From Candidatus Omnitrophota bacterium (GTDB taxonomy: Bacteria; Omnitrophota; Gorgyraeia; Zapsychrales; JANLHA01): a DNA stretch of 64,000 bases. Under the pieces are notes generated by a model. It did no database searches. It was not told the DNA's origin and was given only the letters and a program-made list of their open reading frames with translations. A program made the position numbers and the translations under genes. Shown here piece by piece: positions 1 to 9,056 of the stretch; the stretch's first letter is position 1, and each line of letters begins with the position of its first letter. The stretch is from assembly GCA_020632535.1 (NCBI GenBank), contig JACKFJ010000002.1:382331-446330 (forward strand), in the 5' to 3' direction.

Positions 1-1
1 G

Positions 2-595
2 GATGCTAAAAATATTGCGAAGCATCTTGGAGATTCAAAAGGGATATTGATTCCCGGTGGATTTGGCAGCCGCGGAATTATTGGTAAAGTCAATGCGGTG
101 CAATTTGCTCGCGAGCATAAAATTCCTTTTTTTGGGATTTGTTTAGGAATGCAAGTTGCTTCAATTGAATTTGCCCGCAATGTTTGCGGTCTTAAGGATG
201 CCGATTCTACCGAATTTGAAAAAGAGACAAAAAATCCGATTATCAGCCTTTTGGAAGAGCAGGAAAATGTGACGAGTATGGGAGCGACAATGCGTCTTGG
301 CGCGTATGCTTGTAAGTTGGAAAATGGTACGAATAGTTTTAAGGCCTATAAAAAAGATACCATTGCGGAACGTCATCGCCATCGTTATGAGTTTAATAAT
401 AAATTCAAAAAGCTTTTTGAGAAAAATGGTATGATAATCGCCGGAAAAAATCCACAAACCGGTTTAGTTGAGATCATTGAGCTTAAAGATCATCCTTGGT
501 TTGTGGCCTGCCAGTTTCATCCGGAATTCAAATCCAAGCCGGAAAGGGCGCATCCGCTATTTAGAGATTTTATTGCCGCGGCTTTGTCAAATTAA
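2..595 (+). CDS. pyrG: CTP synthase, C-terminal glutamine amidotransferase domain (5' end lies outside the window)
   Basis: Frame is open from the window edge ([25 protein letters not shown]...). GATase-1 motifs [15 protein letters not shown] and QFHPEF are typical of the PyrG C-terminus. Confidence 0.9.
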   Translation, partial: DAKNIAKHLGDSKGILIPGGFGSRGIIGKVNAVQFAREHKIPFFGICLGMQVASIEFARNVCGLKDADSTEFEKETKNPIISLLEEQENVTSMGATMRLGAYACKLENGTNSFKAYKKDTIAERHRHRYEFNNKFKKLFEKNGMIIAGKNPQTGLVEIIELKDHPWFVACQFHPEFKSKPERAHPLFRDFIAAALSN

Positions 596-597
596 AA

Positions 598-682
598 TCA
601 TTGTCATTCCCGAATGTTTTTATTGGGAATCCATGAGTAGAATTTTGTATAGATCCCCGATAAGAGGTTTCGGGGATGACGA
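598..682. repeat. Compound palindromic intergenic element (family B)
   Basis: Two internal hairpins, attcccgaat/attgggaat (606-630) and atccccga/tcggggat (653-677), bracketed by gtcat/atgac. Lies between the pyrG stop and tRNA-Leu. Confidence 0.6.
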
Positions 683-781
683 TTTTTGCGCGCGGGTGGC
701 GAATCCCGCTATGCGGGACGAGACAGTTTGCAATAGAGTGATACTGTTCTAATAAAATGTTTGCGTGATATTGTACTTTGC

Positions 782-862
782 GCGCGGGTGGCGAAATGGT
801 AGACGCGCACGTTTGAGGGGCGTGTGGGGTAACCCATGAGGGTTCGAGTCCCTCCCCGCGCA
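782..862 (+). tRNA. tRNA-Leu (anticodon GAG)
   Basis: Hand-folded cloverleaf: acceptor gcgcggg/cccgcgc, anticodon stem cacgt/gcgtg with loop ttGAGgg, 13-nt variable arm, T-arm gaggg-ttcgagt-ccctc, discriminator A. Confidence 0.9.
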
Positions 863-906
863 TTGATTGATCTGATTCCTCAGTCCAAAAAATTGGTATA
901 AATTTT

Positions 907-1611
907 ATGTCCAAATCCATCAAAGTTAATGCGAGTGTTTTATGTGCTGATTTCACCAAACTTGAAGATCAAATCAAGATGTGTGAAGATGCCGGCGCAG
1001 AAATGATTCACGTCGATGTGATGGATGGGCATTTTGTTCCAAATATCACGATCGGACCTGTCATTGTCGAGGCAATTCGTCGTACAACCAGGCTTCCTAT
1101 CGAAGCACATTTGATGATTGAAAATCCCGGCCTTTATGTTGAGGATTTTATTAGCGCTGGCACAGACATTGTTTCGTTGCAAGTCGAATGTTATGGTGTG
1201 CGTACCATGGAATCGCGAGCGTTTGGTCAGTATCCTAAGGTTTTAGAATCGTTTGATGCTTCCGCAGCCAGTCGTGATATTGCTAAGATTAAAGCTAGAG
1301 GAAAGAAAGTTTTTCTTGTCGCGAATCCTGCAACACCACTGTGTTTTGATTCACTTTTAAAGGAGATTGACGGTGTTCTTGTTATGTCGGTGAATCCTGG
1401 TTTTGCCAAGCAGAAATTCATGATGGAGGTTTTGGAAAAAATTAAGGATTTGCGCAGTCGTTTTGACGGTGATATTGAAGTTGATGGCGGTGTTAATGCC
1501 CAAACTGCTCCAGAAATTGTCAAGGCTGGCGCGAATCTATTAGTCTCGGCGAGTTATTTCTTTGGTTCGTCTAATCCTAAGGATGTCGTGAAATTTTTGA
1601 AAAGCCTGTAG
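907..1611 (+). CDS. rpe: Ribulose-phosphate 3-epimerase
   Basis: N-terminal SVLCADF...MIHVDVMDGHFVPNITIGP and C-terminal VDGGVN motifs of the Rpe family. Confidence 0.9.
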   Translation: MSKSIKVNASVLCADFTKLEDQIKMCEDAGAEMIHVDVMDGHFVPNITIGPVIVEAIRRTTRLPIEAHLMIENPGLYVEDFISAGTDIVSLQVECYGVRTMESRAFGQYPKVLESFDASAASRDIAKIKARGKKVFLVANPATPLCFDSLLKEIDGVLVMSVNPGFAKQKFMMEVLEKIKDLRSRFDGDIEVDGGVNAQTAPEIVKAGANLLVSASYFFGSSNPKDVVKFLKSL

Positions 1612-1652
1612 TGATGTTTGAATTGTTGTTTCTGAAGTGGTATAGTTTACCT

Positions 1653-1871
1653 ATGAATCCGCAGCATAAAGAACTTTCCCGCACGGCCGGTCAAGCTGCT
1701 ATGGAGTACCTTATTCTTCTTGGCGTGATGACAATTATTGCCCTGCTTGCTTTTCGAAATTTATTACCCTTATCCATCTCTGAAACCAATAGTCGTTTTA
1801 CGGAAGCCAGTAAAAACATTATTGGTAACGCGGCAACAACTTCGCGGGATGGGCCATTTCCATATTATTGA
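1653..1871 (+). CDS. Flp/Fap-type (class III signal) prepilin-like small protein
   Basis: MNPQHKELSRTAG|QAAMEYLILLGVMTIIALLAF matches the Flp processing motif G-x4-EY followed by a hydrophobic helix. Alternative starts GTG 1611 / ATG 1614. Confidence 0.45.
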   Translation: MNPQHKELSRTAGQAAMEYLILLGVMTIIALLAFRNLLPLSISETNSRFTEASKNIIGNAATTSRDGPFPYY

Positions 1872-1893
1872 TTTACTTAAAATAAATTAAAGG

Positions 1894-2826
1894 CTATCGG
1901 GCTTTACGCTGGTCACGAACAAAAATGCTTTCCGAGAAACTCTTTGCGTATTTTTTAAGTTCCGCGCCCTTTTCGCTGATTTGCGCGACGTGGGCAATCG
2001 GTTGATTCGCGTTGGAAACAATTCCGATCGAGATGGAGAGTAAGCCGGTTTTGATTTCGTTTCCGAGCCGGTCTTTCCCCATGATGTATCCTGCATTGCG
2101 GTCTTCTTCGTTGTAAAATTGTGGAGCAGTTTTATCAAATTCTGCGATGATTTGTTTGCAAACGGGTTCAACGAGTTCATCACTTGTTACGAAAACAAAA
2201 TCATCTCCACCGATGTGTCCAATAAATGATTCTGGTCCACCAACGGCACGTACAACTTTGACAAGGAGGCGAGCTGTGTCACGGATGACTTCATCGCCTT
2301 TTTCAAAACCATATTTATCATTATAAATTTTAAATTTATCAAGATCCGCATAACCTACGGCGAATGTTTTTCCATTGGCGATGCGGTTTTGCAATTCTTC
2401 CATGATCGATGTGTTTCCGGGAAGATGCGTGAGAGGATTGGCGTCTAGACTGCGGCTTGTACGGCGTAAGATCATTTTGATACGCGCTAAAAGAGCGCTA
2501 GGTTCGAATGGTTTGACGATATAATCATCGGCACCAGCTTCAATGCCGCCGACCATGTCCTTGGTTTCGCCCTTCCCAGTAAGCATAATTACGGGAATGT
2601 GTTCGAGTAAAATATCCTTTTTCATTGTCTTGCAAAATTCTTTACCGGTCATAATCGGCATCATAAAATCGCAAATGACTAAGTTTGGATTTTTGGTTTG
2701 GACGAGCTTGAGCCCTTCTTGTCCGTTTGGCGCTTGGATCACTTCGTAAAATTCTGAAAGTGTTAAGTCAAGGACATCAAGAATGTCTGGGTCATCATCG
2801 ATCGTAAGAATGCGTTCTTTATTCAT
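1894..2826 (-). CDS. Response regulator with REC domain and GGDEF-type nucleotide cyclase domain (motif GGDDF)
   Basis: N-terminal REC (ILTIDDDPDI...DFMMPIMTGKEF...TGKG). C-terminal GGDEF fold (ADLDKFKIYNDKYGFEKGDEV...HIGGDDFVFV). Confidence 0.85.
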   Translation of the reverse strand: MNKERILTIDDDPDILDVLDLTLSEFYEVIQAPNGQEGLKLVQTKNPNLVICDFMMPIMTGKEFCKTMKKDILLEHIPVIMLTGKGETKDMVGGIEAGADDYIVKPFEPSALLARIKMILRRTSRSLDANPLTHLPGNTSIMEELQNRIANGKTFAVGYADLDKFKIYNDKYGFEKGDEVIRDTARLLVKVVRAVGGPESFIGHIGGDDFVFVTSDELVEPVCKQIIAEFDKTAPQFYNEEDRNAGYIMGKDRLGNEIKTGLLSISIGIVSNANQPIAHVAQISEKGAELKKYAKSFSESIFVRDQRKAR

Positions 2827-2888
2827 AATGTACTAAGTTTAACATGAGAAGGACATGTCTGCTAAGTTCTTCGAGATAAAATTATGTG

Positions 2889-4394
2889 TTAATCAACTTG
2901 GCCTTTTGCTATGAGTGGCAGGGTAAAATAAAACGTCGAGCCTTTTAAAGGTTCGCTTTCAACCCAAATTTTGCCATTGTGTGCTTCAATGATTTTTTTA
3001 CATAGGGCTAAACCAAGACCTGTTCCTTTAACATTTTGATTAATTTCATTCTCAATACGATAAAATTCGTTAAAAAGTTGACGGGTATTTTCTTCATTGA
3101 TGCCGATTCCGGTATCGGAAATTGAAAATGTGATTTTTTCAATTTCGATAACAGCATTGACTGTGATTGTTCCATCATTGGGTGTGAACTTTACGGCATT
3201 ACTGATTAAATTGATGAAGACACGCTCGATTTGGCTTAAGTCTGTTGGAATTGGTGGACAATTTTGGGGGACATTATTGACGAAGATGATATGTTTTTCT
3301 TTGATTTGCGGTGTTAAAAGATCTTGTACATTCGCGATAATCGGTGGAATGGCGTGCGGCGTCAATTTCATTTCGGTTTTACCTGACTCGATGCGGGAGA
3401 TGTCGAGCAGATCATTGATCAATTGTACAAGGTTATCAGAATGTTTATTGATTTTTTCAAGCCGTTCTTTGACTTTAGCAGGAATTTCGCCGATCGTTCC
3501 GGCAATAAGAAGCGCGGCGTAGCCCTTGATTGATGTTAAAGGTGTTCTTAGCTCGTGTGAAACCGCAGAAATAAATTCGCTCTTGTTTCTGCTGATTGCT
3601 TGAACGTCAGCGAGAGCAGAAGAAAGTTGTTTGGTGCGTTCCTGCACTTTGGCTTCGAGAGCTTGTTGGGAGTGATAAGCTTGTTCAAAGAGGCGCGCGT
3701 TTTCAACGGCCTGTCCGATTTGATCCGCAAGGATGGAAATCAACTCAGTATCACCTTCAGTGACAGCGAAAGCGTCACCCGGATTACCAGCAAAAATAAG
3801 TCCCGTCATGGTGTCTTGTGTCAAAATGGGAGTCATGACAAAATGACGGACATTGAGGATTTCAAGAATTTGATTTTTTAGTTCTGGTGTGCTTTTGTTT
3901 GAAGAAATCATGTTGCCGTCTTTAAGGAGCTTGGAAATTTGCGCGTTATTGCTGATTCTTTCTCCAATGATCGTTTGCTCGTCTTTGGAATATCCTAAAC
4001 AGACACGTAGGCGTAGATCCTTTTTTTCATCAAGGGTGTAGATGAGATATTTTTCAAATCCCAATTCTGTTAGGAGGGAATGGTTGAGACGTTGGAAAGC
4101 TTCGTCCTCGTCAAGGGTTGTGCTGATTAAGCGTGATGTTTTTTGCAAGGCATCCAAACCGGTGAGTCGCTTATCAAGTTCTTCTTGGGCTTTGTTCAAT
4201 TCGAGATCGGTTTTAACAATGAGTTTGGCCTGCTCGTCGAGTTCTGAGAAAGATTCTCCGAGTTTATTCAAAGCGTTTTTAAGAATAGTAATGTGTTGAT
4301 ACGCGGTATAAAGATAATACGCAACCACGCCTGATCCCAGCAGAAGGATGAGAATAATAAATTGATAGATACTTTCAGAAATGCTGTTATCCAT
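2889..4394 (-). CDS. Sensor histidine kinase (TM - coiled coil - GAF-like - HisKA - HATPase_c)
   Basis: H-box SHELRTPLTSIKGY, N-box NLISNAVKFT, G-boxes DTGIGI and GTGLGL, with an N-terminal hydrophobic helix. Confidence 0.85.
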   Translation of the reverse strand: MDNSISESIYQFIILILLLGSGVVAYYLYTAYQHITILKNALNKLGESFSELDEQAKLIVKTDLELNKAQEELDKRLTGLDALQKTSRLISTTLDEDEAFQRLNHSLLTELGFEKYLIYTLDEKKDLRLRVCLGYSKDEQTIIGERISNNAQISKLLKDGNMISSNKSTPELKNQILEILNVRHFVMTPILTQDTMTGLIFAGNPGDAFAVTEGDTELISILADQIGQAVENARLFEQAYHSQQALEAKVQERTKQLSSALADVQAISRNKSEFISAVSHELRTPLTSIKGYAALLIAGTIGEIPAKVKERLEKINKHSDNLVQLINDLLDISRIESGKTEMKLTPHAIPPIIANVQDLLTPQIKEKHIIFVNNVPQNCPPIPTDLSQIERVFINLISNAVKFTPNDGTITVNAVIEIEKITFSISDTGIGINEENTRQLFNEFYRIENEINQNVKGTGLGLALCKKIIEAHNGKIWVESEPLKGSTFYFTLPLIAKGQVD

Positions 4395-4400
4395 GTGATC

Positions 4401-5600
4401 CTAACATATCGCAGTAACAATAATGCTTTCGTTTTGCAAAAGAGTTTCGGGCCCAGTTTCAGACGCATACGTAAAAATCTCACCAAAAGAATACATGCCA
4501 AAGATTGGGACTGCCGTGCCAAGGATTTCGCGAATGCGCTGAATTTCAGTGTTTGCTGATCGACCTAAGATTCGATAACGCGCCAGTGATTCAAAAATAA
4601 AAATTAATTTAGGTGTGCGGCCTTTCATTTGTGCTTTGACTTCTAACGCGGCTTGTTCGGCAGCTTGTAGGCACGAGTCTTTGTTGCCGATCATCAAATG
4701 AATTTGTTTGCCCGCAGTAATTCCATCTTGCAAAACAATGCTATCGTCGTCGAGCGTACTAATAATATTGCGCAATAGGTACTCGCGATTTTGTCCTAAG
4801 GGCGTACCTAAGGGATAGCGGGTGTTTAAATGTGCTAAGCTGCTGGCTTTTAAAGTTTCAGCGGTATCGTCGAAATATTCTTGATAAATTTGTGCCGCCG
4901 GTTTATCGTCGATCAATTTGATGACATTGTTTTCGCTTTTATTAACGATGCGTGGTTTGCCCAGTGGTCGCCAGCCGTGCCGGCAGCTTGTGCCAACTTG
5001 CATTCGTCCACCAAAGAGTACGCCGCATGCGCCGGAAACAAGAACAGTATTATTATAATATTGATAAGTTTTTTGGAAATGAAAATCATCGCTGCTTCCG
5101 GCACCGATAATTGGGAAGATTCCTTCAAATGATTCAGTGAGCCCAGAATTAAAATGTGATAAATTTTGTAGAAGTCCATCAGCAAAGTACATAAAGAGTT
5201 TACGATGCTCTTTGCCATAATCAGAAAGACAGGTTTTTGCTAATTGTAAACCAGCACTTTGAAAATCCTGTAGATGAAGATTGTCAACGGAGCCGGTTTC
5301 GAAACGGATTTCTTCGGAGTACATCAATAAAACGGCGATTCCTCGCATTTCGATTCGGTCGCTAAGGACAATAGCTGCCGTCGAGGATCCGAGTAGGCGA
5401 GTTTTATGAAGCTGATTAACAAGAAAAGGAATAAATTCCGTGGGGTTGTAATGGGAAGTGTTAAGAACAATTGCCAAATCAATGTTGCTTGAGTGCAGAT
5501 TGAATTTGGCTTGTTCCGCGGCTTCTTGCGCAGCCTTGAGCGTGTCGAGGTTTTTACTAAACCCGATCCCGATATAAGTTGACACAAAGAGCTCCTTCAA
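4401..5600 (-). CDS. FIST-domain (FIST_N/FIST_C) signal-sensing protein
   Basis: Length and pattern (IDLAIVLNTSHY..., GFYSFGEI-like MYSFGEIF near the C-terminus) resemble FIST proteins. Sits 6 nt upstream of the kinase in the same operon. Confidence 0.6.
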   Translation of the reverse strand: MKELFVSTYIGIGFSKNLDTLKAAQEAAEQAKFNLHSSNIDLAIVLNTSHYNPTEFIPFLVNQLHKTRLLGSSTAAIVLSDRIEMRGIAVLLMYSEEIRFETGSVDNLHLQDFQSAGLQLAKTCLSDYGKEHRKLFMYFADGLLQNLSHFNSGLTESFEGIFPIIGAGSSDDFHFQKTYQYYNNTVLVSGACGVLFGGRMQVGTSCRHGWRPLGKPRIVNKSENNVIKLIDDKPAAQIYQEYFDDTAETLKASSLAHLNTRYPLGTPLGQNREYLLRNIISTLDDDSIVLQDGITAGKQIHLMIGNKDSCLQAAEQAALEVKAQMKGRTPKLIFIFESLARYRILGRSANTEIQRIREILGTAVPIFGMYSFGEIFTYASETGPETLLQNESIIVTAIC

Positions 5601-5725
5601 TCTAAAAGCATTTTAAAATAATCAACATAATATAGCATAATAAGAGGGGGCATAAAAATAATGTCTCAACTAATTCGGTGGAAGCTTAAAGGCATCTGTG
5701 ATAATATGGGGCATTCCAAATTTAA

Positions 5726-5799
5726 GGCCCCATCGTCTAGCCTGGTTAGGACGTCTGCTTCTCAGGCAGAAAACACCGGTTCAAATCCGGTTGGGGCTA
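5726..5799 (+). tRNA. tRNA-Glu (anticodon CTC)
   Basis: Cloverleaf: acceptor ggcccca/tggggct (G1-U72 wobble), anticodon stem tctgc/gcaga with loop ttCTCag, T-arm accgg-ttcaaat-ccggt. Confidence 0.9.
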
Positions 5800-5812
5800 T
5801 TTCATAAATAAC

Positions 5813-5860
5813 CGAGACACATTGAGTTTTTCATCAAAAGACAATGTGTCTCGATCTTTT
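5813..5860 (+). terminator. Rho-independent terminator after tRNA-Glu
   Basis: Perfect 12-bp stem cgagacacattg / caatgtgtctcg followed by atctttt. Confidence 0.65.
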
Positions 5861-5990
5861 GTAAAAATTCAAGACGGCTGTTACAAAATGACCGGAGAAA
5901 TTCTAACTTCTATAAAACTGGGGCACAATGGGTTATAGAAGGGGATTGTGTTTTTAATTTTTCATTAACCTTGATCCGACGAGGAGAAAT

Positions 5991-6392
5991 ATGGAATATT
6001 TTATCGGTGTCATTTTAGCTTTATCAATTTCATTTTTTTCCACCGCGGTTGGCTTTGATCACGATCGCGCCTTTTATCCGGTGGTCATGATTGTAATAGC
6101 GATACTTTACGCGTTGTTTGCTGTGATAGGCGGATCACTTCAGGCATTGAGCCTTGAGTGTGTGGCCATCGCAGTGTTTATCCTTGTGTCGGTGCTTGGA
6201 TTTAAATTCAATCTATGGTGGGTGGCAGGTGCTTTGTTCGCGCATGGAGTCTTTGATCTCATTCACGGTCATTTGATATCCAATCCCGGTGTACCTGTGT
6301 GGTGGCCCGGGTGGTGTTTTGCTTATGATGTCACGGCAGCGGGATATCTGGCGTGGCTTCTGAAGTGTTCAAAAGTCAAGGTGCATCCGTAA
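5991..6392 (+). CDS. Hypothetical small integral membrane protein (4 predicted TM helices)
   Basis: Long ORF with GAGGAG RBS upstream and hydrophobic segment pattern. I do not recognise a family. Confidence 0.5.
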   Translation: MEYFIGVILALSISFFSTAVGFDHDRAFYPVVMIVIAILYALFAVIGGSLQALSLECVAIAVFILVSVLGFKFNLWWVAGALFAHGVFDLIHGHLISNPGVPVWWPGWCFAYDVTAAGYLAWLLKCSKVKVHP

Positions 6393-6397
6393 GCGTT

Positions 6398-6877
6398 ATG
6401 GACCGAACTCGCCGCCAGCATGTTCTTGTACTAAAAATCCCGCCGATCGTGCTTGTAGGCTTCACGGCTACACTGATGTGGCTTGTTTCATTAGCCGCAC
6501 CGTCTTTCCCATTGTCGATCCCGGCTAAAAATTTGTGCATGGGGGTTCTGGTATCGACAGGAGCAATTATTAGCGGTCTAGGCGTTGCATCATTCCGACG
6601 GGCAAAAACTACGGTCAACCCGATGAAGCCGGAATCGTCATGTGTCCTGGTCGATTCCGGCATCTATGGATTGACACGCAATCCGATGTATTTGGGCTTT
6701 TGCTTGGGTTTGCTTGGATGGGCTGTCTTTTTATCGAATTTCTTTGCGTTTCTACTGCTGCCGGCTTTCATGCTTTATATGAATCGTTTCCAAATTGAGC
6801 CTGAGGAAAAAATTCTCGCCGCTACATTCGGCCAACCGTTCATCGACTATAAGACCAAGGTGCGTAGATGGTTGTGA
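6398..6877 (+). CDS. Isoprenylcysteine carboxyl methyltransferase (ICMT)/phospholipid methyltransferase family membrane protein
   Basis: Motif GIYGLTRNPMYLGFCLGLLGWAVF and C-terminal EEKxL...F...Y of the ICMT/PEMT superfamily. Start moved to the ATG after the upstream stop. Confidence 0.75.
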   Translation: MDRTRRQHVLVLKIPPIVLVGFTATLMWLVSLAAPSFPLSIPAKNLCMGVLVSTGAIISGLGVASFRRAKTTVNPMKPESSCVLVDSGIYGLTRNPMYLGFCLGLLGWAVFLSNFFAFLLLPAFMLYMNRFQIEPEEKILAATFGQPFIDYKTKVRRWL

Positions 6878-6931
6878 GGTGTAATTTCTATTATTTGAAA
6901 TGCCGGTTTAAGGCAATCATGGAGTAAACTT

Positions 6932-7924
6932 ATGAAAGCAATTATTTACACAAAATATGGATCACCGGATGTTTTTCAGCTCAAAGAGATAGAAAAACCT
7001 ACTCCAAAGAATAATGAAGTGCTGATAAGAATCTGTGCGACAACAGTGACATCAGGAGATGTGAGACTTAGAAAGGCTGACCCATTTGCCGTAAGATTTT
7101 TTTATGGTCTAGCGGGTCCTCGAAAAACAATTTTAGGACATGAGTTTGCTGGCATTATTGAATTTGTTGGCAAAGATGTAAAATTATTTAAGAAAGGGGA
7201 TCAAGTTTTTGGATCAACCGGTCTTGGGTCCGGTACTTATGCCGAGTACATATGTCTACCTGAAGATGGGGTACTGGCAATAAAGCCGGCCAATATGACC
7301 TACGAGGAAGCCGCTGCAATTCCTGTGGGAGGACTGACAGCACTCTGCTTCCTCAAAAAAGGAAATATTGAGAAGGGAATGAAGGTGCTTATCTATGGAG
7401 CTTCTGGCGCGAATGGTAGCGCCGCGGTTCAGCTGGCCAAGACTTTTGGGGCAGAAGTGACTGGGGTGTGCAGTACCGGAAATGTAGAGTTGGTGAAGTC
7501 TCTGGGTGCCGATACGGTAATTGATTACACCAAAGAAGATTTTTCCAAAGGCGGTGAGACCTATGATGTTATTTTTGACACGGTAGGTAAGAGTTCGTTT
7601 TCACGGTGTATAGGATCGTTAAAGAAAAAAGGATTCTTGATTTTAGCTGCTGCTGGGCCATCACAAATGGTTCGAGGGCTATGGTCTTCAATGACAAGCA
7701 GCAAGAAAGTAATATTTTGGGTAATGAGCGAAAAGGCCGAAGATTTAATTTTGCTTAAGGATCTTATTGAGGAAGGGAAGTTAAAATCGGTCATAGATAG
7801 AAGATATCCTTTGGAACAAATTGCTGAAGCTCATAGATATGTCGAAAAAGGGCACAAAAAGGGAAATGTAGTTATAGCTTTGGAGCATGACACTGTTTCT
7901 CATGGAACAAAAAAAGATCTTTGA
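6932..7924 (+). CDS. Zinc-type alcohol dehydrogenase-like / NADPH:quinone oxidoreductase (MDR superfamily)
   Basis: GroES-like N-domain ([15 protein letters not shown]) and Rossmann motif [19 protein letters not shown]; C-terminal GHKKGNVVI. Confidence 0.85.
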   Translation: MKAIIYTKYGSPDVFQLKEIEKPTPKNNEVLIRICATTVTSGDVRLRKADPFAVRFFYGLAGPRKTILGHEFAGIIEFVGKDVKLFKKGDQVFGSTGLGSGTYAEYICLPEDGVLAIKPANMTYEEAAAIPVGGLTALCFLKKGNIEKGMKVLIYGASGANGSAAVQLAKTFGAEVTGVCSTGNVELVKSLGADTVIDYTKEDFSKGGETYDVIFDTVGKSSFSRCIGSLKKKGFLILAAAGPSQMVRGLWSSMTSSKKVIFWVMSEKAEDLILLKDLIEEGKLKSVIDRRYPLEQIAEAHRYVEKGHKKGNVVIALEHDTVSHGTKKDL

Positions 7925-7986
7925 TTTAAATTTAAAAATAGGACGTTTTGTAGATTAGCATAAAAATTCTAATAGGAGCAATAAGC

Positions 7987-8415
7987 TTGGAAAAAGATTA
8001 CCTAATTCTTCAGCCAGCACTCGTAATGATTATATTAACATTCATTGTTTGGGTGTTTATGTATGTTCGCCGCATTCATTATCTTGTAACACACAAGGTG
8101 GATATTCAAAGTCTGTCAGACCCCAAGGCAATGACCGGGCATATTCCTGTGCATATAAATTGGCCTTCTGAAAATTTGAAGAATCTTTTTGAACTCCCTG
8201 TCATCTTTTATGCCTTGTGTGGGTTTTTAGCAATATCACATTGTACGGACACCATATTTTTATACGCAGCTTGGATTTTTGTGGGATGCAGGGGTATACA
8301 TAGCATAATTCATTGTACTATTAATATTGTTATGTATCGTTTTTATGCGTACGCACTTTCATCTTTGGCGTTGTGGTTTATGGCCGGGAAATTAATATTT
8401 TTTATTTTTAAATAA
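7987..8415 (+). CDS. MAPEG-family-like membrane protein
   Basis: About 140 aa with 4 TM. NLKNLFELPVIFY and RGIHSIIH...RF patterns resemble the MAPEG N..EN.P.F / R..H signatures. TTG start. Confidence 0.45.
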   Translation: MEKDYLILQPALVMIILTFIVWVFMYVRRIHYLVTHKVDIQSLSDPKAMTGHIPVHINWPSENLKNLFELPVIFYALCGFLAISHCTDTIFLYAAWIFVGCRGIHSIIHCTINIVMYRFYAYALSSLALWFMAGKLIFFIFK

Positions 8416-8572
8416 AATTTTAATGCCTACACAGGGGAATTGGTTTTTGCTATTCTTATTTTTGGGTCGTGGTTTTAGTGGTGAAATGCTCAGCTAGCGA
8501 CGATGATGGTATTTTCACCTGTTGGGGCTATTTTTAAGTTAACTCTTCGCAAATCATAAATCGAAAATATAT

Positions 8573-9036
8573 TTGGATGGGCCATATTTAAAAAATCCCT
8601 ATGCCCTTATTGGCGCTTTTGCTACATCCTTTTATGGGGTCGTGCGGGCAATCGTGTCGATCTTTTGATAGACATACGTCGAATGCCCACGGGTGTTTTT
8701 AAAAGGAGCGTTACAACAACTTTTCAGAAGCAAAAAATCAAGATTATAGGCTTCGAGGATCTTGTGGCTATGAAAGTTTACGCCGGGAGCCATAAGGACA
8801 TTCAAGATATAATAGGGATATTACAGGTCTCGGCGAAGAAAATAGATATTCTTGCTTTAAGAAAGATAATAAGTCAGTATGGCAAACGCGAGTCTGAACG
8901 TCTCAATCGTCTTTTGCCCAATAGGTTATTTCATTTATTGTGGGAATTCTTCCTTACCCCTAAAGTGTCGAGACGTTCCTCGGTAATTTGCGACGACTAT
9001 TTGATTGACAGAAATAAGGCGCGCGGTATTATATAG
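8573..9036 (+). pseudogene. Nucleotidyltransferase-fold protein (MNT/AbiEii-like), apparently frameshifted
   Basis: Frame 1 reads ...PYALIGAFATSFYGVVRAIVSIF* (stop 8666-8668). The expected continuation RVDLLIDI...IKIIGFEDLVAMKVYAGSHKDIQDI runs in another frame from about 8653. A 1-nt indel near 8650 would join them. Confidence 0.4.
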
Positions 9037-9049
9037 CTAAGGAGCTATT
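9032..9049. promoter_or_regulatory. Candidate ArsR operator (TATAGC-N6-GCTAT) overlapping the arsR RBS
   Basis: Inverted repeat tatagc taagga gctat. The same 6-6-6 palindrome recurs at 9420-9437. Confidence 0.35.
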
Positions 9050-9056
9050 TAGTTAT

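Noticed and set aside
570-959. 129-aa minus-strand ORF
   Set aside because: It overlaps tRNA-Leu, the palindromic element and the rpe start, with no coding signal.
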